Below, piece by piece: positions 24,406-37,937 of a stretch of DNA of 64,000 bases. The position numbers and the translations under genes are program-made. This DNA comes from an uncultured delta proteobacterium (lineage in GTDB: Bacteria; Desulfobacterota; Binatia; UBA9968). Position 1 is the first letter of the stretch; every line of letters starts with the position of its first letter. The DNA lies in contig CAWJZV010000045.1 of the NCBI GenBank assembly GCA_963847445.1, positions 96,001 to 160,000 on the forward strand. The letters run 5' to 3'. The notes under the pieces were generated by a model that had not been told where the DNA came from, ran no database searches, and saw nothing but the letters and a program-made list of their open reading frames with translations.

Positions 24406-25934
24406 ATGGAGAAGATGCAAAATATTCTCACCTACATGACGTTTATTCCGCTGGCAGGGGCGGCGGTGGTTCTGGCATTGCCCAACAACGCCAAGCTGGT
24501 GCGCTGGTTTTCCGCCATCGTCACCGTGCCGCCGCTGCTGATGGCGATCTGGCTGTTCAATAATTTCGACCGCACCACGGCTAAATTTCAGTTCGTTGAG
24601 GACTATCATTGGATTCCCGCCTACAACATTAGCTACACCATGGGCGTCGACGGCCTGAGTATTTCCATGGTGCTGCTCACGGCGCTGCTCAGCTTCCTCT
24701 GCATCTTCGCTTCGTTTGGCATCGAAAAGGCGGTCAAAGGTTACTTCGCGCTGTTTCTCATGCTCGACGCCGGCATGATGGGCGTGTTTTGTGCTCTCGA
24801 CTTCTTTCTTTTCTACGTCTTCTGGGAAGTCATGCTGTTGCCGATGTATTTTCTCATCGGCATTTGGGGCGGGCCGCGCCGCGAGTATGCCGCCATCAAG
24901 TTTTTTCTCTACACCTTGTTCGGCAGCGTGTTGATGCTGTTGGCGATTCTCGCGCTCTATTTCACCGTCGAACCGCACACCTTCGACATGCGTATCATGA
25001 TGGCCCAGGCGAGCAAGTACAGCACCGCGGTGTTGCCGATGTGGCCGTTTAACGGGTGGGGTTGGAGTTTCCAGCATGCGATCTGGCTGGCGCTGTTCAT
25101 CGGCTTCGCGATCAAGATCCCGGCCTTTCCGTTCCATACCTGGTTGCCCGACGCCCACGTCGAGGCGCCGACGGCGATCTCGGTTATCCTCGCCGGCGTG
25201 CTCTTGAAGATGGGCACCTACGGCATCCTGCGCATCAACTTTCCCATGCTGCCGGTGGCGACCGCCGACTTGGCCTTCTGGTTTCTCGGCGCGCTCGGCG
25301 CTTGGAACATCATCTACGGCGCGCTCTGCGCCATGGCGCAGAAAGATCTGAAAAAGCTCGTCGCCTACTCCAGCGTCAGCCACATGGGTTACGTCATGCT
25401 CGGCATGGCGAGCTTCACCACCCAGGGCATGAACGGCGCGGTGTTGCAGATGTTCAACCACGGCACCATCACCGGCATGCTGTTCCTCCTGGTCGGCGTC
25501 GTCTACGACCGGGCACATCATCGCGACATCGACGGCTTCGGCGGTTTGGCGGCGATCATGCCGGTCTACACCGGCATGACCGCGCTGGCCTTCTTCGCCT
25601 CCATGGGACTGCCTGGACTTTCCGGCTTCATCTCGGAGATCTTGGTCCTGCTCGGCACCTGGCAAAAGTATCCGGTGCTGACGATCCTCGGCGCCAGCGG
25701 TGTCATTCTGACCGCCGGTTATCTGCTCTGGACGATGCAGCGAGTTTACCTCGGGACCGCCCAATGAAAAGTATCTCGACCATGGCCGAGATCAACGGCC
25801 GCGAGATCTTCACGCTGGTGCCGTTGGGCGTCATCGTCATCGTCGTCGGCGTCTATCCCGCCGTGGTGCTCGACATGCTGCGCACGACCTTGGATTCAAT
25901 CAACGCAATCGTCATTCCGCACCTGCACGGCTAG
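24406..25934 (+). CDS. nuoM: NADH-quinone oxidoreductase subunit M
   Basis: [25 protein letters not shown]. Confidence 0.95.
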
Positions 25935-25937
25935 ACC

Positions 25938-27423
25938 ATGGATCTGAAGAACGTCGCGAGCCTCACTTACTTTTGTCCGGAGATCGTTCTCTCCGCGACG
26001 ATCTTGCTGATCATCGTGCTCGATCTGCTGGCGCAGAGCCGGCGGTGGCCGGCGGCGGTGGCGTTGATCGGTTGTCTGAGCGCGCTGATCGTTTCCTTCG
26101 ATCTGTACAGCGCCCAGCCAGGCTTGCTGTTCCACCGCATGATCGTGCTCGACAACTTCAGCATCTTCTTCAAAGTGTTTTCACTGGCGGCGACGATCCT
26201 GTGCATTCTCATGTCCATCGGCAGCAAGGAAATCGACCGGGTCCATGAGGCCGAGTATTATGCTTTGCTGCTGACCTGCACGCTCGGCATGTTTTTCATG
26301 GCGTCGTCGAGCAATCTCTTGATGGCCTATCTGTCCCTCGAAATGGTCAGCCTCGGCTCCTACGTCCTGACCGGCTTCTTGCCCCATAGCCGGCGCTCCA
26401 GCGAAGCGGCGCTGAAATATTTAATCTACGGCGGCGTCGCGTCGGGCACGATGATCTACGGCATGAGCTGGATCTTCGGCATGACCGGCAGTTTGGACTA
26501 TGCCGCGATTCAGGTCGCCCTCAGCCAAGAGGGACGTCAACAAAGCCGCGCTGTTCATGGCGTTTATTTTCATCCTGGCCGGCTTTGGCTACAAGATCGT
26601 TTTCTTTCCGTTCCACATGTGGTCGCCGGATGTCTATCAAGGCGCGCCAACCCCGTTCACGGCGTTCCTCTCGGTGGCGTCCAATGCCGCCGGCTTGGCG
26701 ATCATGATTCGTTTCTTTTTCCCCGGTGTTTCCAAGCTCTTGCCTTCGGGGGATTGGGCTTTCACGGCGGGTGTCGAATGGCCGCAAGTGCTGCTAGCTC
26801 TCAGCATGCTGACCATGACCATCGGCAATCTTTGCGCGCTCAACCAGCGCAACGTCAAGCGCATGCTGGCCTATTCGGGCATCGCCCATGCCGGTTACAT
26901 GATGATGGGTTTGGCGATTCTCAATAACGAAGGGTTGGCGGCGATTCTGTTCTACGCGGTGGTCTACTTGATCATGAACCTCGGCGCCTTTCTGGTCGTC
27001 GGCATGATCGCCAACGTCACCGGCGATGAAGACATCGACGATTACCGCGGTCTCGCCTGGCGCGGCGCCGCGGTGCCGGCGATTTGCTTGGCGATCTTTC
27101 TTTTCTCGCTGACCGGTCTGCCGCCGTTCGCCGGTTTCATCGGCAAATTCTTCTTGTTCTCGGCGGTAATAAAGCAAGGCGGCGCCTTCGCAGTCCTGGC
27201 CATCGTCGCCGCGCTCAACAGCGTTATATCGCTTTATTACTACGCCAAGATCGTCAAGATCATGTTCCTCGATTCGCCCTTGCCGGAAGATAAGCAAATC
27301 TCCCTGGCCAAAAATGATTTCGCCCTGCTCCTACCGCTGACCGGGTTAACCATCCTGCTCGGCGTCTACTTCGGGCCGCTGGTGCAGTATACCAACCTCT
27401 CGTTGCAGTTTTACATCAAGTAG
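25938..27423 (+). CDS. nuoN: NADH-quinone oxidoreductase subunit N
   Basis: EAALKY, PFHMWSPDVYQGAP, KRMLAYS, GLPPFAGF. Confidence 0.95.
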
Positions 27424-27450
27424 CATTCCAAGGCGGAAAATTTATTAATT

Positions 27451-27484
27451 CCAAGGGCGCAGCATGCTGCGCCCTTGGTTTTTG
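27451..27484 (+). terminator. Perfect palindrome plus U-tract ending the nuo operon (REP-like sequence)
   Basis: CCAAGGGCGCAGCA-TGCTGCGCCCTTGG-TTTTT. Confidence 0.75.
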
Positions 27485-27513
27485 CCACGGTTAAACCCAG
27501 AGCCGCCGCGGGT

Positions 27514-28164
27514 TCATGTACTCGACGGTGGGATGATACCGGCGACCTTGTCGGCCGAGGCGGTGACTTCGTCGAGGGATGCGCGGATTTTTTCCAGGGC
27601 GGCTTCGTCGGACATCTCCTGAGAAACCGCGAACGGTTCGCCATAGGCGACGATATTTTGGGAAAACGGTTTTGGTAAGAGATAACGATCCCAGGAGCGC
27701 AGAAACAGCGGCCATGAACTTGAAAAACTGATCGGCAGAATCCAGGCTCCGGTTATGCGCGCCAAGCGCACGACGCCGGCTTGAACGACATGAACCGGCC
27801 CGCGCGGCCCATCGACGGTGAGCGCGACGTTGTGACCCAGACGCACTTGGCGGACCATGCGGCGCAACGCTTCGCTGCCGCCACGGCTGGTCGACCCACG
27901 GGTGACTAGATATCCGTTGTTTTCAAGCCAGCGCGTGACGATGTTGCCGTCGAGCGACTTGGAAGCCATGGTGACGATGCTTTGGTGCCGGTGCGCATCG
28001 ATGGGCAAAAACATGCGGCCATGCCAAAGGGCAAACAGGATCGGCACGCGCCGGGCTTGCAGCTCCGTATAGTGCCGGCTATTCAACACCTTGACGCGTA
28101 GGGTCGCGCGCAGCAGCGCTATGCCCAGTCCCATCAAGGGTGTGAGAATCGTCGAACTCGTCAC
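27514..28164 (-). CDS. DUF374 / lysophospholipid acyltransferase family protein
   Basis: ALWHG, SKSLDG, RGSTSRGG, TVDGPRGP, SWDR. Confidence 0.88.
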   Translation of the reverse strand: MTSSTILTPLMGLGIALLRATLRVKVLNSRHYTELQARRVPILFALWHGRMFLPIDAHRHQSIVTMASKSLDGNIVTRWLENNGYLVTRGSTSRGGSEALRRMVRQVRLGHNVALTVDGPRGPVHVVQAGVVRLARITGAWILPISFSSSWPLFLRSWDRYLLPKPFSQNIVAYGEPFAVSQEMSDEAALEKIRASLDEVTASADKVAGIIPPSST

Positions 28165-28429
28165 GTCGGTGTCCTTAACGGTTGGGTTCTTGCGGGGAAG
28201 CTGTCGGTCGAGTTACTCATCCCACGATGCCGCAATAATAACGATACAATACTAACTCGTTGCTTCAATGACCGGCGGCAAATTTTTCATTTGAACCTCG
28301 TTCTCGTCGCAGCGCGCCTGTCAATCGCCTATCCGCGCCTCGTGGCTTGACAACCTGGCGGGGGCCAAATAACTAGGAGCGAGGTTCAATAGCTTCGTGA
28401 GCGATTCATCCATACCTGCGGGAGGGTTC

Positions 28430-29411
28430 ATGTTAGACAAGGCGAAACGCAAGGCGATGCTCAAGCAAATGGTTTTGCTGCGCGCTTTCGAGGAGAAACT
28501 CGAAGAGCTTTACCAGCGCAAGGCGATGTTCGGCAGCACCCATTCCTACCGCGGCCAAGAGGCAATCGCCGTGGGGGTTTGTTCGGCGTTGCAGTCGACC
28601 GATTTGATCGCCAGCTATCACCGCGGCACCGGCCATTTGATTGCGAAAGGCGCGGACTTGTACACGCTGCTGTGCGAATGCATGGGGCGCGAGGAAGGTT
28701 ATTCCAAAGGACGCGGCGGCAAGATGCATATGGGCGACATGGCGTTCGGCTTCATCGGCAACACCGGCACGGTGGGCGGCACGGTGCCGACGGCTACCGG
28801 TGCGGCGCTGTCGGCCAAAGTGCGCGGCTCGAATGAAGTGGTCGTGAGCTTTTTCGGCGACGGCGCGGCCAATCAAGGCGTCGTCCATGAAGCGATGAAT
28901 CTCGCCGGCGTGTGGAAGCTGCCGGTGATTTACGTCTGCGAAAACAATCAGTACGCCATGACCGTGAGCTTGGCGAAGAGCGTCGCGGTGAAACAGCTCT
29001 CCGTGCGCGGCGCGGCTTACGGCTTCGAGGGTAAAACCGTCGACGGCAATGACGTCGAAGCGGTGTACGAGGCGACCGAGCTGGCTGCGGCTTAAAGGAC
29101 GCAACGGCGACGGTGCGACGTTTCTCGAATGTGTGACTTACCGTTGGGACGGTCACTTTGGCGGCGATCCAGGAACCGCCTATCGGACCAAGGAAGAAAT
29201 CGAATCGTGGAAGCAAAAGTGTCCGATCAAACGGCTCAAAGAAAAGTTGATCGCCGAAGGCCATTTGACCGAAGCGGAATTTCAGAAAATGTCCGATGAA
29301 GTGTACGCCGATCTCGCGGCGGTGGCCAAGCGCGCCGAAGCCGCGCCGCTGCCCAAGAAAGCAGTCGATCTCACTGCCATCTATGCGCCGCTCGAGGTGA
29401 CCCATGGCTAA
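28430..29411 (+). CDS. TPP-dependent 2-oxoacid/acetoin dehydrogenase E1 alpha
   Basis: GQEA, FGDGAANQG, CENNQYA, TYRWDGH. Confidence 0.9.
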
Positions 29412-30419
29412 TGCAGCAGCGACAGTTGCAACCAAAGAGCTGCGCATGCAGGAAGCGCTGCGCGAGGCGCTGCGTTCCGAGATGGCGCGCGATGAGCGCG
29501 TGTTTGTCATGGGCGAAGATGTCGCGCTGTTTGGCGGCGCTTACGGCGTCACGCGCGGCTTGATTCAAGAGTTCGGCGACAAGCGCGTGCTCGACACGCC
29601 GATCTCCGAGTCTGCGTTGGTCGGTCTGGCGGTCGGCGCGGCGATCAACGGCATGCGGCCAGTGGTGGAAATTCAGTTCGCCGATTTGCTGCCGCTCGCC
29701 ATGGATCAGTTGGCGAGCATGCGGCGCGTTATCATTATATGACTGGCGGGCGAGTGAACGTGCCGATGGTGATACGCACCAAGTTCGCCACTCGCGCCGG
29801 CGGCGGTCCGAGTCACTCGAGCTGCAACCATGGCGCGTTCATCCATTTCCCCGGCTTGAAGATCGCCATGCCGACCACGCCCGCCGACGCCAAAGGGATG
29901 TTGCTGTCGGCGATCCGCGATCCCAACCCGGTGCTGTTCTTTGAAAGCCATCATCTCTACGGGGTGCGCGGTCCGGTGCCGGAAGGCGACTACACCGTGC
30001 CGATCGGCAAAGCGGTGGTGCGTCGCGCCGGCAAAGACCTAACCATCGTCACCTGCGGCGGCATGGTCTTGAAAGCCGACGCTGCGGCGGAGCAGTTGAA
30101 ATCAAAAGGCATCGATATCGAGATCGTCGATCTGCGCTCGCTCGCGCCATTGGACAATGAAACGATTCTGACTTCCGTCGCCAAAACCAAACGCGCCATC
30201 GTCCTCGACGAAGGGCCGATGATCGGCGGACTCTCCGCCGAGCTGGCGGCGCTGATTCAAGAAAATCTGTTCGCGGATTTAAAAGGGCCAGTGGTGCGCA
30301 TCGCCGCACAGCCGATCCCGCCGCCGCATAGCCCGCCGCTGGTCGATGCTATGATTCCCGATGTCGATCAAGTGGTCGATGCGGTGATGCGCTTGGCCGA
30401 GGGCGGAAAGCTCGCCTGA
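29404..30419 (+). CDS. 2-oxoacid/acetoin dehydrogenase E1 beta
   Basis: MGEDV, DTPISES, EIQFAD, DLRSLAPLD. Confidence 0.9.
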
Positions 30420-30512
30420 TTGCCGACTTCAGCACTGACAAATCTTCTCCGAACAAGCTCGCGTTGACGGTGGATTTAGCGTCGAACTATCTCAAACCGG
30501 TACGAATCGTTC

Positions 30513-31932
30513 ATGAAGCTCGGTAGATTTTCATTTGCTTGTCCGTTCTCTAGAGCGAATCTTACCGCACGCTTCGCCTTTTATAGTTTTCTCTGCATCG
30601 GTATTATGACAACGGCGCTGTGGTTTGTCGTTTCACAATATCTGACCCAACAAATTTTGGAGCGAGAGTGGGAAATCACTGCGCAAATGCTGCGGGCAGA
30701 TGTTAAGCAGCTTTGGTTGATTACGACTTTCAAGCGACAGACCGGAAATCGGTTGGCCACAAGTTCGAAGAATTGCTGCGGCATGTCACTTTGATGCCGG
30801 AGATCACCCGCTTCAAGGTTTATAACCCCAAAGGCGTGGTGATCTGGTCGGACGACAAACGGCTGGTCGGCCAATCCTTCGCCGATAACGAGGAGTTGCG
30901 CGAGGCGCTGGAGGGAAAAGTTGTCGCGGATATGACCTCGCTTAAGAAAGGCCGAGAACCTCTTCGATCAAACCCCGATCGGCAGCGCCATTGAAATCTA
31001 TGTGCCGATTTACGCCGAGAGCAAAGAGCTCCTGGGCGTGATCGAGATCTATAAACGGCCGGAAATTTTGTTTCGCGACATCGCCAGGCACGCATGATGG
31101 TGCTGCTTGCCACCCTCGGCGGCGGCGTGCTGCTGTATATTTCCTTATTCGCCATCGTCCGTCAGGCGGCGAAACAGATCGACGAGCAGCAGGAAAATTT
31201 GCTCAAGATGCAATCCGAGTTGGTCGCCTCCCAGCGCATGGCGGCGGTGGGCGAAATCGCCGCCGCGGTGGCGCATGGGATCGGCAATCCGCTGTCATCG
31301 ATCCGCGCCGCGGCGCAGGTGGCGATGTTAGATGCTAAGGCCGAATCCGATCCGGAGCACATACAGAAGACCAGCGCGAATTTGCAACGGATCATGGAGC
31401 AGGTCGACCGGGTGCAAAAACGCATGCAGGGGTTGCTCAATTTCGCCAAGCCGATGGAACCCCATCCCGTTCCAGGTGGAGCTGAACTTGTTGGTCCACG
31501 ATGTCGTCGATATATTACGACCTCGATTTGCCGACGCCGGGGTGCGGACGAAATTGGAACTCGCGCCAAATATTCCTAAATTAACCTTGGATGCGAACCA
31601 AGCGGAACAGGTGCTTATGGGATTGGTCACCAACGCGTTGGAGGCCACTCCCAAAGACGGCACCGTGACGATTCGGACAAAGACCGACGCGGGAAATGGC
31701 GCGTCACCGAAGGTCGTGGTTTCTGTTGAGGATACCGGCGAAGGCATTCCGATCGAGAATCGCGAGAAAGTTTTCGAACCGTTTTTTACCACCAAGTCCT
31801 ATGGCACGGGAATCGGATTGCCGCTTGGCGAAGAAGTTTGTCGAGCGCAACGGCGGCAAGATCGCCATCGCCGACACGCCGTCGGGTGGCGCTAAGATCG
31901 ATGTTAGATTTCCCTGGCAGCAATTCAACTGA
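30513..31932 (+). CDS. Membrane sensor histidine kinase (indel-broken, no adjacent regulator)
   Basis: 2 TM plus periplasmic domain; H-box AHGIGNPL, NALEA, DTGEG, FFTTK, GTGIGL. Confidence 0.88.
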
Positions 31933-31949
31933 GTTTTTAATCTAATATT

Positions 31950-32246
31950 CCCCGCAGCTTGCTGCGGGCACAAAATTGCTGGGGTTTCCAAAGGGGGTTG
32001 AACATCCCCTTTGGACGCGAGCGGGATTCATACCCCGATCGCGAAATGCCCGGTTGATTGACCCATGACGCACTCGTAGCCGACGATGAACATGTGCTAG
32101 CCGGCGCTGGGGCGATTCTCTGGGAAGATACGGCTACTCGGTAGTAGCCAAAATCCCGGAGAGGAAGCGGTCCGGGTAATCGACTTGAAGGCGCCGAGTA
32201 CAGGCACGGATTTTTAGCTCACTCAGCTAAGGTTCGGTCTTCCACC
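31950..32246. ncRNA. Candidate structured non-coding element, unassigned
   Basis: Serial hairpins at 31951-31968, 31988-32014 and 32016-32043, plus a nested rod at 32094-32201. Confidence 0.4.
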
Positions 32247-32289
32247 TGATTTTGTCGGCAATCCGCCGTCAAGCGATCCAGCTAGCGCA

Positions 32290-32910
32290 TCAAGTTACCG
32301 GGATCATAATATGGGTTCGGTAGGGCTCATGTTGCTTGAGACTGTCGTACCAGCGCTCGAGATTCGCTTGCTTGGGGCGCTCGATGGGCAGGTTAAACCA
32401 GCGATACACCCAAACGCCCAGCGGAATATCGCCGAGAGAAAACTCGTCGCCGCCGAGGAAACGGTGCTTCGCCAGGTGGTCGTCGACTGTTTGCCAGGCT
32501 TTGACGGTCTTCTCCAGCGCCGCTTGAATCGCCTGGGGATCGCGCTTTTCCGGCGCGGTTCTTACCGTGGCGAAAAACAGCGGCACGATGATCGGGTTGA
32601 ATGCCGAGAGCTGCCAGTCCATCCAGCGATTGGCGTTGGCCATGCCTTCAGGGGATGCGGGCAACAATTTGCCGTTGCCATACTTGGCGTTGAGATAGCG
32701 CATGATGCTGTTGGATTCCCACAGGACGAAGTCACCGTCCTTGATCGTCGGCACCAGGCCGTTGGGGTTCATGGCGGTATATTGCGGATCTTGGTTGCCG
32801 CCGAACTTGCCACCCCAGTCCAGGCGCTCGAATGGCACGCTCAGCTCGCCGCAGCACCACAGTACTTTTTGCACATTGGAAGAGTCGGTTCGACCCCAGA
32901 TTTTGATCAT
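32290..32910 (-). CDS. Glutathione S-transferase (GstB-like)
   Basis: WGRTDSSNVQKV, NPNGLVP, LWESNSI, WMDW. Confidence 0.93.
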   Translation of the reverse strand: MIKIWGRTDSSNVQKVLWCCGELSVPFERLDWGGKFGGNQDPQYTAMNPNGLVPTIKDGDFVLWESNSIMRYLNAKYGNGKLLPASPEGMANANRWMDWQLSAFNPIIVPLFFATVRTAPEKRDPQAIQAALEKTVKAWQTVDDHLAKHRFLGGDEFSLGDIPLGVWVYRWFNLPIERPKQANLERWYDSLKQHEPYRTHIMIPVT

Positions 32911-33059
32911 TGTCGCCTCCGCTACTGGCAGTTTGGCTGAATTACTTATCATCGTTTTCGGCTAATGGATAGCGCAACCGGGCCCTGTGCGATATGCTGT
33001 AATTTCCCCGCAATATCTGCTAGGAGTTACGGATCAAATTGCATGGAAAGCGAGTCAGG

Positions 33060-33450
33060 ATGAAAAAGGTAGGGTCTTTCACGGCGACGATGATCTGCAC
33101 CTTACTGCTAGGCGAGGTCTCCGGCTGGGCACAGAATCAAGCGGAGGGGCGGAAACTTTACGCCAGCTATTGTTCGACCTGCCATGGTGAGAAAGGAAAA
33201 GGCGATGGCATGGCGGCCAAGTCGCTGCCGGCCAAGCCGGCCGACCACACCAACGGCGCGATCATGAATCAGATGAGTGATAAGTTTCTCGTCGGATGTC
33301 ATCGCCAAGGGGGGCAGCGCGGTCGGCAAGTCTAGCTTTATGCCGTCTTGGGGCAGTGCCTTGGATGAAAAGCAGGTCCGCGACCTGGTAGCTTTCATTC
33401 GTACCCTGGCGGTGCCGACCTACAAGGGCGACACACCGGCGAGTAAATGA
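33060..33450 (+). CDS. Periplasmic monoheme cytochrome c (one indel)
   Basis: Signal peptide, CSTCH, GKGDG, distal MPSWG. Confidence 0.88.
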
Positions 33451-33479
33451 AAAATCGCTAAATTTCTGATCCGACCCCC

Positions 33480-33507
33480 TTGACGATTGGCTTTGCGAGA
33501 TTAGATT
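33480..33507 (+). promoter_or_regulatory. Putative sigma70-type promoter of groESL
   Basis: TTGACG-N16-TAGATT. Confidence 0.5.
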
Positions 33508-33562
33508 GACCGCATCCAACCGTTCTGGGTATCTAAATCTTTGTTTTATTGAGGAGGGTGTT

Positions 33563-35490
<1,928 letters not shown>

Positions 35491-35511
35491 GCATCATTTG
35501 TTCGTCAGAGC

Positions 35512-35546
35512 AAAAAGGCGCTCGGGAAACCGAGCGCCTTTTTTTT
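35512..35546 (+). terminator. Rho-independent terminator
   Basis: AAAAAGGCGCTCGG-GAAA-CCGAGCGCCTTTTTTTT. Confidence 0.9.
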
Positions 35547-35688
35547 GCCCATCTGTCTGTTGTTCCCTGGCCAGTATGGGAGAAAGGAAACGGGAAACGG
35601 TCTATTTTGCCATTAAAGTCCTTGCTTGGGTAACCATCAAGCATGGCCCGGCCATTACTTCATTGAATGCTACCCAACTACCGCTGAA

Positions 35689-36110
35689 TTAGAGCATGCT
35701 GATGGCTATTTGTTTCGGTTTTGCCTCTTCAGCTTTCGGAACATGAATTTCCAGTATTCCCTCCTGGTGGCTCGCCTTAAACCCATTCTGCAGCACGGTT
35801 CGCGGCAGATCGAATAACTAACAAGATTTGCCGTTCGTGCGCTTCGGCAAGTGTGGTCGTGTCCATGACGTTGATCGGTCCCATCGGTTGGTGCAATAGG
35901 CCGCCAAGCAGAGCCTGCGACAAGCGCGTGACGCGCTCAGTGCGGCGATACTCGACACCATCGGTCAAGCTTTCGGCTTTGTGTTCACAGCTCAGCGGCA
36001 AGGTCCGGTCGTTGGCGTCTAAGTTGAAGTCTTATTTTTTTATACCGGGTAGCTCGGCGGCGGCGAGAGACTTTGCTCTCCAGAATGTCTAAGGGAGGAT
36101 ACCACGTGCC
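35689..36110 (-). pseudogene. Degenerate Hsp20 copy, paralog of 37938-38384
   Basis: PLDILESK, KAESLTDGVEYRRTER, an approx. 80-bp insertion, internal stop, then GILEIHVPKAEEAKPKQIAIS. Confidence 0.8.
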
Positions 36111-36287
36111 TGGAGAAAATCTTATCGCGCTGCAGAAATTAACGAAAACCTTAACGTGAGCTGGATCCAATCACATTCCGGGTCCATGAAAAATTGACCG
36201 GATCGACAATACCGGGGAAACGAGCGGCTCTTTCCGCATCGAACTGCATCAGAATCCGACCCGACGATGATTTTGCTGCCTACCACC

Positions 36288-36315
36288 TTGACAAGCCAGC
36301 GCGCATGACTAACTT
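36288..36315 (+). promoter_or_regulatory. Putative promoter of the Hsp20 pair
   Basis: TTGACA-N16-TAACTT. Confidence 0.55.
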
Positions 36316-36363
36316 ACTGTCGAAAAAAATTCGTCGGGAAAAAAATACAGGAGGTATAGGACT

Positions 36364-36822
36364 ATGGCAGAGTGGAATCCCTTCACTGACGTGGAAGCCC
36401 TACGGCGAGAAATCGGCCGAGCTTTTGAAGATTTTGGCTTTGAACAAGGGCCGTCGCATCGCGTCGCTTTCCTTCCCGGCCGCGAACCGCGGCGGTATCC
36501 GTTGGTTAATTTGCTCGAAGATAAGGATCACATTTACGTTGAAGCCTTGACTCCCGGCGTTGATCCTAAATCCATTAATCTCACCGCGATGCAAAATCGT
36601 CTGACCTTAGCGGGAGAGAAGAGCGGCATCCCGGGAGATATCAAACCGGAAGCGTTTCATAGAAATGAGAGAGCCAGCGGGAAGTTTGTTCGCACCATCG
36701 ATCTACCCGTCGAGATCGACGAGACCGGCATCCAGGCAGAATACAAAAACGGGCTGCTCGTCGTGACCTTACCCAAAGCAGAGAAAGCCAAGCCCAAACA
36801 AATTAGCGTTAAAATCGCCTGA
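36364..36822 (+). CDS. Hsp20/alpha-crystallin small heat-shock protein
   Basis: YPLVN, ERASGKFVR, YKNGLLVVTLPK. Confidence 0.95.
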   Translation: MAEWNPFTDVEALRREIGRAFEDFGFEQGPSHRVAFLPGREPRRYPLVNLLEDKDHIYVEALTPGVDPKSINLTAMQNRLTLAGEKSGIPGDIKPEAFHRNERASGKFVRTIDLPVEIDETGIQAEYKNGLLVVTLPKAEKAKPKQISVKIA

Positions 36823-36849
36823 TCACTCATGACAAGGAGGGAATCAGCC

Positions 36850-37248
36850 ATGGCTGAGAGAACTGTAGCGGCTCGCGCGCAAGAAAAGGCCCCGTCAAGC
36901 CGGGAAGAAACACGGAGTCAGGAGAGATACATCACGCCGCCCGTAGATATATATGAGACGACGAACGGATTGGTGGTGACCGCCGATTTACCGGGAGTCG
37001 CTAAGGAAGGTCTGGACGTGCGTGTGGAAAACAACCTGTTAACCATTCGCGGCAAAGCGGCGCATGCGGCGCCCGGCGGTCCGGTTTATCGGGAATACGG
37101 ATTGGTCAATTTCTTTCGCCAATTCGAATTGAACGAAAAGGTCGATCAGAGCAAGATTTCCGCCGAGCTCAAGCACGGAGTCTTGACCCTGAATTTACCA
37201 AAGGCTGAGGAGGCCAAGCCGAGAAAGATCGAAGTTAAAGCAGAGTAA
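36850..37248 (+). CDS. Hsp20/alpha-crystallin small heat-shock protein
   Basis: PPVDIYE, DLPGV, LKHGVLTLNLPK. Confidence 0.95.
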   Translation: MAERTVAARAQEKAPSSREETRSQERYITPPVDIYETTNGLVVTADLPGVAKEGLDVRVENNLLTIRGKAAHAAPGGPVYREYGLVNFFRQFELNEKVDQSKISAELKHGVLTLNLPKAEEAKPRKIEVKAE

Positions 37249-37254
37249 GTTTGA

Positions 37255-37759
37255 TGGGCAAAACGCCCTCCGGCGCACAAAGAAAGTCATCTGACAGATA
37301 TCATACGACAAAATTGGCGGTCATCCATGAGCGACTGAGAGACATATCAATGCTGCCTTTGAACGGTGTTTGACCAGGTTCAAGCCCCACGAAGAGGAGG
37401 CAAGAGTTGGTCGCCAGCGGTTTGGCAGTTTTTGGGATGCGGGATTGAATTGGGCGAAAGCGATGACGCGTTGATAGCGAGTCTAGCGCCCCCCGGACTG
37501 AGCAGCGGCGAGGTTAGGTCGAAGTCACCCAGAATCTCTCGTTATTCGAGGCGGCAAGAAACAATCGGGTAAAAAAGAACAATGCGGCTATTATCATCTC
37601 GAAGAGAACCAGGCTGCTTTTGCCCATGCGCTATCGCTGCCTTGCGAAGTTGAGCGTGACCGAGTCAAGGCACGTTACAAAAACGGCCTATCGACCGTAG
37701 CCCTGCCGAATCGCGAACGCGCCTGTAGTAGAAGTATCAAGATTCCGGTGCATACATAG
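37255..37759 (+). pseudogene. Divergent or degenerate Hsp20 (frameshifted; start uncertain)
   Basis: IELGESDDALIASLAPPGL...YYHLEENQAAFAHALSLPCEVERDRVKARYKNGLSTVALP...IKIPVHT*. Confidence 0.7.
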
Positions 37760-37874
37760 TTCAACAACCCTCGGCTATAAGTCGATGGTTGTTGAATTTT
37801 TTGGGAAGGGCTGTGCGCGCCACCGCACAGTCCAGGCACGGGTCAAGTTGATATGCCGCAAAATTGATTCGGAC

Positions 37875-37912
37875 AAAAAACAAGAGGGGAAAGCCGAGGC
37901 TTTCCCCTCTTG
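37875..37912 (-). terminator. Rho-independent terminator
   Basis: CAAGAGGGGAAAGC-CGAG-GCTTTCCCCTCTTG with A-tract on the left. Confidence 0.88.
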
Positions 37913-37937
37913 AATTCTTAGTGGTCCGAACCTTGTT

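Noticed and set aside
17986-25764. Long antisense ORFs (e.g. 17986-19341, 24370-25764)
   Set aside because: Shadow frames of GC-rich nuo genes with no motifs
32155-32185. RNase P RNA, 6S RNA or riboswitch identity for the structured element
   Set aside because: Only a superficial GAGGAA..GTCCGGG similarity; other conserved motifs not found, and the position is not a 5' leader
33450-33562. CIRCE operator before groES
   Set aside because: No TTAGCACTC-N9-GAGTGCTAA present
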